Made by a program: the position numbers and the translations under genes. Source: Trichoplax adhaerens (lineage: Eukaryota > Animalia > Placozoa). Taken from it: DNA of 64,000 nucleotides. The DNA is taken from assembly GCF_000150275.1 (NCBI RefSeq), contig NW_002060951.1:2910580-2974579 (forward strand), written 5' to 3'. A model generated the notes under the pieces. It did not search any database, was not told the origin of the DNA, and saw only the letters and a program-made list of their open reading frames with translations. Positions 1-12,500 of the stretch are shown here, piece by piece; within the stretch, counting starts at the first letter, position 1; each line of letters begins with the position of its first letter.

Positions 1-3000
1 TAAAAATTTAATTGCAAGAAACGTCATCACGCGCCATGGTCTTTCTGAGACATATCTTGATCGGGCTATTGTAAATGCGACTTCCCATGTCTTTCAATAC
101 AAAGTTTCAGAAGCCAAACCAATAACGTGAGTATACGGCTGTAGTGTACACTGTGCAGTATAGTACTGTATATCCACATAGCCACATGCTGTACTGTACT
201 GTACACTACATTGTACAGTATATTGTGTACAGTACAGCATGAGTTGAACGGTTTATTTTTACAATTATAAAATAAAATAAAATAAAATAAAATTGATCTG
301 AAGATAAGATTTTAATTATTAATTTCAATTTTAGAAATAATATCAATCAGTCAATCAAAAATATTCAAAATACGTTAGCTGCAGCAGCAAATTAATTTAT
401 CTTAAGTATTTACTCGCTTTCGTGAATGATTGCCATTACATTGAGAAATACTTTTGTCCAGTAAAATACGTACCTGACGATTCTTTTTCAGTCAAGCTGT
501 CCTTCTAGTTCCTTCGATTATTTTATTATAGTTACTAGTGCAAACATACAATATAGAAATTCATTACTTTAATTATAATTCGAAGAAATCACTTTAGTTG
601 AACCGAAACCACAATATATTTTTACTTCCCGACAGTACGGGGGCAAGCATTTCGACCATAAACCGTCTACATTATTATAGCTTGGAGTTCAAAATGGGAA
701 GTCATCCCTGCTGCTGCAGGGCTGTCATAGATTATACGAATTATTATTAAATAACCAGCAGTTTAGTAATTCATACTGTACTATAACTGCCGTTAAGCGA
801 TAAGGGATTGGAAATATAATTTTTGACCAAGTACTATCTCGTACATTATTAAACTACAAAGGTTACGTTTTACCGATGCGTGATACCTTCATGAAAAAAT
901 TTGTTGTATTTCTCTTTTCGACCGTTTCTGCTCACACGATACATTTATGCAAGTGCATACGCATACATCATCTATACTGTACTATAATAAAATTTTACAG
1001 TTGAAAATATGCTTTGCCTCGTTCACTTTACAGAGTTTAGCAATGCAGGCACAGTAATTTGTAGATTTTGTATATAATAATATACGTATAAATCACACCA
1101 CAACGGGCATAATATGATAAGAACCTGTGCACAAGTAAAGTGCTGTATAGTTAACAAATATGCAAATTATCACAAGCAGTGGGTTACCAATAATTAAGAA
1201 TAATATGCAGTTAAGATGCGTATACTGAGAAGTCGGATCAATCATTAGGGTTAGGGTTCGGCGCTAAAGCATATTCTTAGTGCTTTCTAAAATTGTACTA
1301 ATTACTGTAAACTAACCGGAACTAATTTTTTTAATACAGGTGTAATAATTAATTAATTGCCTACTAGCGAAACCCGTGGAAATTCCACGCAAAACAGTAC
1401 TTGTATAGTGTGATTTTAAGGCTCTATTTTAAGCTAATAAAGTACTGCATGGGGTTTTATTAAAAATTAATTAGTTATAATAATAGATGAGATACTTAAG
1501 GACAGAATTTCAGAATTTTTGATATTGGATAAATTAGCTCGGCCTTCCCATGAGTTTATCACTCTGCTGATTTAGATTTTGCTATTTAGTGGTGCAACAT
1601 AATAGAAGTACTACTGTACACTGAGTGTACAGTATATTACAGCACTATACGCGTATACGTACTTACAGTGTACATATCTATTGCATTGTTCTAGTGACAA
1701 TACAGTATAACACTGAGCATGTAAAGTAGAATCATAGAATATAAATGAGGATAATTTGATGATAATTATAATGTGAAGCACTGTAGTTGCAGACTACGCG
1801 TACACTACTAAGTTCGATGCAACGATCAAGATCCATCCTGCAGTTGTGCGGCTGTAATAAAGCTTATTCTAATTCTGAATCATCTCGGCATCTTGTCTGA
1901 TCGTTGTTGCATTTAGTTTCAGATCTACTATATGACTGTGCACATTGCAGTTCGGTTCGTTGAAACCTGGCTTGTGCTTCTAGTGTACCCAGTTAAATTT
2001 ACTTGATTAATATACTCCTAAAACGTTGCAATATGCATTGTACTTGCGGATTAATATGCTCGTATATGCATGTATGAGTCGGCTTTTCATTATTTTCGTG
2101 ATAAATATTTATCATCATCTGTGCCACAAGTTAACATTTGTTACTAATATATAATACTTATATAAAATTAGTGTCGTCGGCGCTTATACTGTCGACTTAT
2201 AAACGATGTTTGTTACAACGACTTACCAGTAGCTTATCAACATCTGTATGTATACTATTATATACTATAATGTACTGCACATACTGGTGTATGTAAGCTA
2301 AAAAACTGCATCAAATTGATATATTATCTATAACTTGCAAGTTGCAACATTGTGGGAAATTTAAAACGGAGTAAAGTGAATTTGTGAGATCTGATGCAAT
2401 ATATGAGTCGCATATACAGTATGTTAACCGTACTGTATACATCGTAACTCAGGCACTTAGGCAAGTGTGGGTAATCAATTAAAAAGCAGAGTGTAATGAG
2501 ATTATACTGCGTAGCACAAATAGAATCAAATTATATTTAGAGTCATACTAGAGGTGCGATCAATATTACGATAATTTTCGAACGTATCCTTGATTGTAAG
2601 ATATTATAACTATGTAATAGTAGTACTATAGCAGTAAGTTAATTATATTAGGTGAAATATCAGTCACAGCGCAGTACGCGTATAAGGTAATCTCTAATAG
2701 ATTGATAGATGATTACATTAAGTGGGCTATTTAACTAATATTGCATTTATGATGACTTTTATCGGCAGTAATCAACTTAGTAGTGGACGCTGTTGGTTGT
2801 TTGCATGTTTAAATGCCATACGTATTCCGTTTATTCGATTTCATAAATTGGAAGAATTTGAATTCAGTCAATCTTACTTGTTTTTCTGGGATAAAGTTGA
2901 GCGATGTAATTACTTCCTCGATGTATTTGAGGAGGTTGCGAGAAAGAAAGAAGCAGTTGATGGACGCCTCATGATGTTTTTACTATCAAATCCAGTTAAT

Positions 3001-6000
3001 GATGGTGGTCAGTGGGATATGCTTGTTAATTTGATTAAAAAGTATGGGCTAATACCTAAGAAGTGTTGGAAAGAAAGTAGCTGCTCTGAAGCATCTCGTG
3101 ATTTCAACAGAATATTGAATTACAAGGTACTGCTATGCATATCTGGCATACGACATCTTACTTCATTTATGTTATAGTAAACTTTTCGTTGCAATATAGA
3201 CATACATATTTTATAGCCTCTTTAGAGTGAAAGTCTGCGATGTCGCTACGTATTTGTAATATAATCTAATCCTTAATTAACAGTCGAATTCAGTCATCTT
3301 ATTAACGTGTTTAGTTTTACAGTATGATTTATATATGATTTCCTTTTCATCAACTAGCTTAACTATTCATCGCTTAGGTATATACTGTACCGTAAGAGTC
3401 CCTATTAAATGTATCTAATATGTACAGTACTTAATAAGGTTATATACTGTATATTATGTATACCAGCATATAAATTAGAGATTAGAATATTGAGAGTAAG
3501 TTATGAACTGTGAGACAGAAAAATGCTTAGCTGTTTTCTGTCAGAATTAAACGGATCATAGTAGTATGCATATCCACGTAGATATAAGTTAATGTAGATT
3601 TGTGAAATACGTATGAATTCATGTTGAGGTAGAGAGCACTTGAAAGAAATTGACTACTGTAGTCTCAGTTACAGGTGAGATTATTGTTTATAGTTCTGTT
3701 CAGCACCAATACCGCAGCCGTGTTGAAGTACACGGTATAGAATCTAGAAAACTGTAATATTTACTGTTCGTTATCATTATGAAGTGTTGCATTACTGTAG
3801 CATTCTATGTACAAAATACCTTAGTGGTACAAGTATGAAAATGGCTACTTTGTGATTATCAGATCCATGAGTGAGGAAAATCATCGACACAAGTATCTTT
3901 TCGGTTGTAGGAGTCATATCATTGCTTCTACTTTTAGCTTAGAGAATGTGCTTACCGTATCCGGACTTTGGTATTAGATACAAACGCTAACAAAGAAGAA
4001 TTGCAGAAAGAAAAAGATACTATGATGAAGGAGGTACTATAAATAGAATTATTATTCTGCAAGTATTGTACATATTTTATGTAAATGTAAATGTAAGACT
4101 TTCATGCATATTCAGGATAACATTGCAGTTCGGTAATTGTATTTGATTGCCTCGATAGATTTCTTATCATAGGTGTTTACTGTCGGATATAATGTATGGT
4201 ACAAATTAGCTGTATGTTTTTCTGTACAGTTAATACCTTTATGATATGTTCATACGCTTCGTTATAACAACTTTTTCTAAAATATTGAATTGTAATTATT
4301 ACTTTACGATCTACGGTATATGTACAGAAATATTCTTGTCTTTTAGCCGATTTCCGCCCAGCTGTACACTTAAGATAAAACATGCCATAAAAATATTAGA
4401 ATTGCACTGATTGTTGCTTATCGTTTTGGAAATTTTTAATTGTACATTACGGAATCATTATAGGCGTTATGTTTGCGGAAATATTGAGTATAGCGTTTAA
4501 TCCACACACTATTACACTATTAGTACCCTGTATGAATAAACGAAGTGAATGGGCACTCTGCTAGCATATACAGTATACTGTATACGTTAAGGGTTCATAT
4601 TTTTGTCACGATGAAATATATAAATGAATCCATATTTTGGATTATATCATCGTGCAAGATAGGTCTAACTGTACAGTGCGGTATTTTTGATTGCGGAATA
4701 CGGTTCGGTGCATACAGTAAAGACATTTGACGTAGTGCCGAGCTATACCTGCACACAATGCAAAGTATATATGACTATAGAATGGCGAAATTTACCATGT
4801 TTATTATAAATTGTATTATTCTACTGGATTAGTCATTGGATACGTTTAAAACGAGAATTGGCTATTTATTGATTATGAAGTTAAGATAAGATTTTATCCG
4901 TGGTCTAGATATTTGGTGTTTGTTGTATATGTCTTGGTAGTCCTCCGAGCTCATTTACTTGGGAATATTACGATAAACTGAAACAGTTCAACACGGTTTC
5001 GGATGTTTCTCCTCAGTTATTCTACCAGAAATACGTAAAGCCTGTTTTTAATATGGACGACAAAGTAATGTTATTAGTATATGCTATATATATCTTAACA
5101 GTAAATAATAAGGGACTTTTGTGGATATTATTTTAAAATTTTATTTTTACGATATGTATGAAATCATTAAGAGCTAACACATTATTTTAGATCTGCCTCG
5201 TAAATGATCCCAGAAATCCGTATGGACAGCTTTATACTGTGGAGTATTTAAATAATATGTCGAATGGACGAATAACCCTGTATAATAATCAACCAATGGA
5301 TGTTATAAAGAAACTTGCAAGCACAGCGATAAGGGATGGAGAGGTAATAGAAGTTTCTACATCAACTTTTTTGGATGGTTTATTAGGATATTTATAATTT
5401 ATACATGAAGAAATCACCATAGTTCCATAGCTCTTAGTAAAGAAATTTTGCTGTCAATGCATTATATTTGTACAACGCTAATAACTCCAGGAAGATGACG
5501 ATAGCAGTAATTTGTGTGTATTGAAACGTATATTGTAGGTACTTTATTCATTTACAGATTGTAGTATAGATTTCGTAATACTTAGTAAGCTGTGTGAATT
5601 AATCTTATATCATATTACTGTAATCTTTCGCTGATTTATTGTGTTATTACAAGGTGGGAAACTATATCTTTTAAGGCGAGTTATATTTTTGTAAACAATT
5701 TAATGATCATTTCGAAATTCTGTAGCCAGTCTGGTTCGGTTGCGACGTTGGGAAGCACTTTGTTAGAAAGTTGGGACTGCTAGATTTAAAGTGGTATGGC
5801 GCACACTCATAGAAATTTTTATGCTTAAGATTACAGTAATCATAATTTATAATATGTAGAAGGTTAATATGTTATCATGACAGTATAAAAGTGAAAAATA
5901 GATTGCATGGGTTTGCGTACTAATGATTGTATTGTAAACTGTCCTATATCTATATTACAGCCATCAGCATGACCTTGTTTTCGGCTTTTCATCTTTAAAT

Positions 6001-6490
6001 TTGGATAAGAAAAGTAGACTCTTGTATGGAGAGTCCTTAATGACTCATGCTATGTTGCTTACTGGCGTTAGCTTTGAAATGGTAGGATTTGAATTGGGGC
6101 TGGGAAATAATTATATTCTGACCCGATAGGTTTTAATCTTATTCTATTACAAAAATTTTCATTTCTACATGACACCTGTATGATACGTAAATCTTAATTT
6201 TTTAATGTTAAGCATGTATTGATAATTAATTGTCGTTGTAGAAAGATGGAACAAACCTGAATGAGATAGAAAGGCGATCAGAATGGCAGCCATCTAAATG
6301 GCGTGTGGAGAATTCATGGGGTGACTCTTCGGGAGAGAAAGGATATCTGGTTATGACCGATGATTGGTTTTCCGAGTTTGTTTTTGAAGTAGTCATTGAT
6401 AAGAAACATATTCCAAAAGACATCTTGACTATTTTAGAACAGAAACCGATAGTTCTTCCTGCCTGGGATCCAATGGGAGCTCTAGCTTAG
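1..6490 (+). CDS. BLMH: Bleomycin hydrolase (C1B cysteine aminopeptidase), 5' end outside window
   Basis: Exons spliced with GT-AG and consistent phase: <1-126, 2769-3126, 3938-4033, 4909-5064, 5191-5343, 5726-5793, 5961-6081, 6242-6490. Motifs KPITNQLSSGRCW (catalytic Cys), FSQSYLFFWDKVERC, DGGQWDM, VWFGCDVGK, ESLMTHAM (His), WRVENSWG (Asn), C-terminus PAWDPMGALA*. Confidence 0.97.
1363..1389 (-). mobile_element. Helitron-like 3' terminus remnant
   Basis: Minus strand reads CGTGGA-ATT-TCCACG hairpin, 7-nt spacer, CTAG-T. No 5' end or Rep/Hel coding sequence identified. Confidence 0.35.
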
Positions 6491-9400
6491 TTGAACGCTC
6501 AGCTTCCTTTGAAAATTTAAAAGGATGTATTTCAATTCTTACCTCTATTTCTAAACTAAGATACAGTAGTATTGTACTTCATAACCGCCAGACATGTATC
6601 CGATGTGGGGTATCTATACGCTTTGTGATACTTGGCGAAGTAAAACTTTGCTTTCTTACGTAAATTTAAGTTTTAGTTAAGGTTGATTTAAGTAGCCTAT
6701 TGGATAACTGATGAGTGAATATTTACTCTAAAGTACACGAAGGTGGATAGATTCATTGTATGATTATGACTGGAATAAACATAACTATTTATGTTAATAT
6801 GTCAGATTTATTCAAAGAATATGTGTTTGTGAATCAGGCGAATACATAATCAATACTAGAGTACTGTTGATCTAATTTGGTCATTTCCTGTAATAACTTA
6901 ATACGCTTTGTTTATATAGTAATCTACACTTGCATAAAGCTGGGTCATGATTTGTCTCTAGTTTCTTCAGCTACAATATGGTACGAAATTATATTGTCCT
7001 TAATTTTCGTAAGCTGCACTTGTGCACTGTACAGAATACTGTACTAGTATAGCAGTTACCCTTATGATACAATGCTAATGTTATGTTCATGTACACCATA
7101 GGCGTCAATATTTCCAGAACTAGCATTTTAAAATTATCTCTAGTGTATTCTTAGCATGCCACTAACGACTAGCTACGAGTTAATACAGTATACCTAGTCA
7201 AGGACTACTAGTAGTCCATGGCCTAGTACAACTGCGAACTGTAAACAGCTCTATCGTATTCATTAGTTAATTACTCAGAACTCTTCGTGTTAGTCTTGTT
7301 TCTTATATATCCATTAAGTAGAATATCCCACAGAGGTGCTTATGTTGGCTTATAAACGTTAGACGCCATCTTGTAAAATATTTTTAAATCAGTTTAAAAA
7401 ATAATAAAAATCACACGTAATATACTTTGTAATAAAGTTCTCGAGCAAATGTTGAGACAGCGTATTTAGCAAAGTATAGAACTTTATTAAGACTTATAAA
7501 ATATGACAGCAACGCTCATATATATAATCTATCATAGAATATTTTAGAACTTATTAGTAGTTATTATAATATACAGTACATAGAATGAGTATTCTAGAAG
7601 GTTCTACTGTACATGCATATGAGGTTTGAATACGTGCGCATCTAAGACTGACCTTTACGAAGTCACTCTATTAATACTATGACATAGTTGATAACCATAG
7701 TAGATTATTTAGTGAGATTACAATTTACGAATTATAAATGTCCAATAGTTCATACTGCACAATATTGGCTCCAACTGCCGACACTGTAATCTCCAGCTCT
7801 CCCTTAAAAACTCCCGGCTTTTATACCGTAGGTTGTTTACATAACATATAATTTACAGTAAGCCTTCCTAACACTTCGAAGTCCTAATCATTGTGGTTCT
7901 TCACTTTGGTTCTAACATAAGTACTCTGAGTCATAATATAGGTACCGCACTAATCCTAGAACTTTCAAAACGTCATTTATCTACAAGTATTGGTAGAGTG
8001 AACGTTCCTTCTTTAGTAGCCTCTGGCATAAGTCTGTTGTGCAGACTGCATACTCAAAATCAGTATCAGAAAAATATCTCAAAAAAACGCATATCAGCGC
8101 ATCTATTGCATCTACGTACAACTGAGCCCGTTGCATATCGTAGTGTACGAATTATCTGGATTCTACACTGCAGCAATCACTACCTTAGAGAAATCCCGAA
8201 CGCAGGAACAAATCTATAGGCAAAAATACTGTAGGAATTTCATACTGAGCTATGTAAATTTCACCCATAATTATAATCGAAGGCATCGAGTAAGGGCATA
8301 AACACCCAGCTGCTCGTTTGAATGAGCGAGTGAGGGGGGATTTTTGACATACAGTAACGTGATAAAATAATATAGTCTTTACCGCTAAAAACATCGCCAG
8401 TATTGAAATTTTGGACCGCTAGAAATACTGCAGACACAAAAATGTCAGCACTGAAGTGGGAGTATCTAGGCTTAAAAAATGTATATTGACCAAAAATTGC
8501 TACTATTATCTACAGCAGGGTTGTCAGTGCTGGTGTACTGTTATTATCAGTCTTTGGACTAGTACTCCTCAGAGTCTTTTCTGCTACAGGACCTTGTGCA
8601 TCATACATACTTTCTATAGTTTAATTATGTATCTTAATTTTCTTCTCTAGACGAATATATAGAGGAACTTCCTGAGAATAGCGTTACAGCTTGAAATCGA
8701 AAATTCACTTAGACACTGTTGACTGCTTTATCGTTAAAAATATCATTTTATCATGAAAGCTTATTAAATCTATAAGTGCTAGCTAGTACTGTACAGTACA
8801 GTACTCATATTAAGAAATAATAAGTTTGGTTACGGCTACTGTACAGTACTGTACAGTGTACAGTATAGTCTTAGTACTGTAGGCATAATACAACTACGGT
8901 TCCGTAACAAAAAAGTACAGTAAACATAATTTTGTACAGGATTGATACAGGATAAAATATTATTAAAGAATCAATCATACCATATATTTTAAGGCTTGAG
9001 AGCCATAGGTTGATCAGGATATCATAAATTATAGAGCTTAATGAATTCTAAAAAATGTCTCGCTAAGTCTTAATGTTTGATTTACAGGTTAAGTTATATT
9101 TATTTCGTCAACACTCGGACAATATTTGATGGTTAGATATTTCACACAGTATTGCATAGTTTTTACAGCTGTTTATATTTCATTCGTCCAGGGAGGTAAT
9201 TTGGTATACTCAAGTTCTCATAAGCAACAGTTAGTCCATTATAAGAGCAACTGTGTATGACAATGATATAATTGTGCTTTTAATACGTGATATAATATAA
9301 AATACTTTTGTAAATTAAATAACCTTACGATTAAACGATATGAAAGATCTGATCTTTACATTCCGTTTTAGAGCAATGCTTATAAGAAAATTGTAATACG

Positions 9401-9583
9401 ATATTACAAAAATCAATGAGTTTCGCGATTGTCTATCGTATGCAGATTCTTAGTGGTTTATTTAGGAAACAATATTTATCTTGCTTATCAGTTTACTAGC
9501 TTGTGTTCAATAGGAAATGGAAGCCGGTGGCATTGGTAATTACGTAATAAAGGATCGCAGAATAAGACTGTTGGCAATACTCG

Positions 9584-12500
9584 TTACCTTGTCGAATCGG
9601 GTAATTTAGATTTTTCCGAATGTGACGATTCTAAGCTTTCAATCTTTTCATAATTCTCCTCCATTCCATCAGGACTGATATATTTAATACTTTTATCGGG
9701 AAAAACGACAATTTTCATTCCGTTTGGGTAGTGGATCTCGGCTTGGTTACTGTGATAGTAAATCGAACAGACTATATTATTTGAATAAACTTGAATGAAA
9801 TTACATACCCACGTAAGTATGCTAAATATAAAGAAAGCTACTGCTTACATACTTCGCAAATCTGAGTATTTGGCGGCCATCGGTAAATGTAGTATGGTGT
9901 GTTTTCGTAGCTGCGTAATAATAAACCTGCAAAAAGATAAATTTTAGTTACCGTAGTCTTGAGATCGCGGCCAATAAATAGTTATTCTCTCTTTGACTTG
10001 TATTACCTCTTTGTCCGGGCTTATCTTTAGGATATCTCCATTGTATAAATAATTAACAGATAAAGTCCCGTCAGCATTAATTTCTTTACTGCTTCCATCA
10101 GAGTAGTATATTACTCTACTACAATCGGTAAACGTTCTTTCTACAATTCCGTTTCCGTGTTGTACTTCTTTGTAATTGTCTGTTAAATTCACGATGTGAG
10201 CAACTGTCTCACTGGCTTCTTGCTCATAACTTTCAAGAACTGCACATTTTGGCGTGTTCTTAAGTTTATCTATTAAGGTCTTGTAATCGCAAATATTGTT
10301 CGATAACCTTATCAAAAGATTTAAATGATTAGAGAATCATATAATTCTGTTTAGATAAGTATCGGCATTTTAAAATCGATTAAATGCGTATTATATACTG
10401 TACATAAAATTCAAGAAAGTTACATTTTTTCGTCTTCAGGCCATTTCTTCATTAACAGAGGTAGAGAATAGCACATATTATGAATGAAACATTTTAAATA
10501 ATTGCGACTATAAACAAGTATGTACTAACCGTAGAGAAATTCGAACCGGTTGTAACTTTTGTCGGTTCTAATTAGAGAAAATAAAAATATCTGCTTCATA
10601 TAGGTTCTAGATTACAAGACTTGGTGAGTACTTACCATTATGATCATAAATCTTTGTTTTTCTCATAACGATCTGATTATTTTGATTATGCAAGAATTCT
10701 CGGTTTTGACAATTTTTTAGTCGATATCTTTCTAGGATTACAATTTCTTTACGTAATTCCTGGTTTTGCTTCTCAAGAGCGTCAATACGATTGCGCAAAC
10801 GGGCTACACTTGCAGACCAACGTTTTTCACGATTGATTAACTCGTCCTCTAGTATCTGTTTCTGAAGATAGTACATTTATTGGTCAATCTTGGAATCACA
10901 TTAATTGACTGACTTGCACTGAATAGTTACAATTTAAGCAAAACAGTTTATCTATTACGATATGAAAATTCAATTTTTAACACTGCTGATTACATTTAAT
11001 TCTAGATATAGAAGATATGTATGAGATAATAAATGTTATAGCAACCCCCAAAAATAGTGATAGAGCTGTATACAGTACATAAAATCGGAACGATGAATTA
11101 ACAAGTATGATACACAATAGCACGTTCTTAAAGTTATAATAAGTGGATCATATTGCAACTTATACAAGCTTCCTTCGTAATACAAATTTATTATTACTAT
11201 TTTCCGTAGTTAGTAATTCATTCTAATAATGTAACGCTTACAGTCGTACTTGAAGGGTAACGGTACATTGCAAAGATCCAGCCAGTTACACTTACAGCAA
11301 ATAAAAGGGGGGCTGCAATCATGGTTATAACTACGATCACAAGCATTATAGAGCTGTACAGTTACTATGTAACTAACATTATTGTGTATGCCAGATTAAT
11401 ACAGTAAACGATTTACGCCATCGGACTGTTTGCTTGGTCGCCTGGTGAGAGGATATTGTATGTTACTTTTATTAGTTGACTTATATGCTGAATTAGAGTT
11501 TTTAAACGACGTTGAGGGTTTAGACACGAAAAGTCTAAATGACAAACGTTTATCAAAGCCATTCATAGGACTAGATTGTTTTTATTATAATGAGAGCTTA
11601 ATTTAGCTAAGTTACTGTAATTCTACGAATAAAGTATAAATGTGTGTCAGTAGTGCTCCGTCTGCAGCGTGAACAGCGCGATTTATATTATTAAAAACAT
11701 TATAAAGCATAAATGTGTGTCAGTAGTGCTCCGTCTGCAGCGTGAGCAGCGCCATTTATATTATTAAAAACATTATGTGGCAAAGCAAACGACAAACGAA
11801 CGATCGAAGTAGCAGACCGATATATATACTGTATATATCGGAGATGATTTCAGAACCAAGGACGCAGACTGAATAGATTGGTCAAGCATATAATTCATTT
11901 TGTTTCGGCATTAGAACGGGCTCTAACAGGTTTAATCTATTAGTTCAGATTTTATAAAATATACTAGACGATAACCGAAATACCAATGCAAGGCTTGGTA
12001 GTGAAAGCTGTGTGTAAGAAATTTAACCTGTGTCGAAATAGGTTTTATAGCACAGGTGGTTTTTAATAAAAGCAACAATCAGACGGACAATACGGTTTAA
12101 TAATAAAATAAGGTGTGGATCCCTATACTAATTATCTAAATTGAGTAATTATACAGCAGTGGTGAATAGTTGAAGGTGATACGTTCAATGCTTTCCATAC
12201 CTCCTTGGCGCTATATCAATAAGAATTACTACTGAGTTATTTACTTAGGTTCAATATGATGTTATGCACTCCTTACTTGTTGCACTAACAATTCTTTATC
12301 AGCGTTTTCAGATTTATTAAATGATGCTTTTGAATCTTTACGGTACTGTTCATATATTCGACGTTGTTTACGTAGTTTCCGGATTTCATCCTCTTTTATG
12401 TCATTAAATTTCTTGATTTCCTGCGATTTCCAAATTAAGAAATCATCTCTCTCTTTCTTTATTGTCTCTTTCACCTGAGTCGAGATCAAGTACTAAGATA

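Noticed and set aside
6708-6742. CTGATGAG...CGAA hammerhead-like core in the BLMH 3' region
   Set aside because: GAAG instead of GAAA and no convincing stems I or III.
8285-8350. GTAAGG donor, hairpin and Sm-like ATTTTTG suggesting an SL RNA or U4atac
   Set aside because: No AG before the donor, no U4atac 5' sequence, and poor kink-turn pairing.
11631-11776. Direct repeats considered as CRISPR-like
   Set aside because: Only two abutting units, no spacers, eukaryotic intron context.
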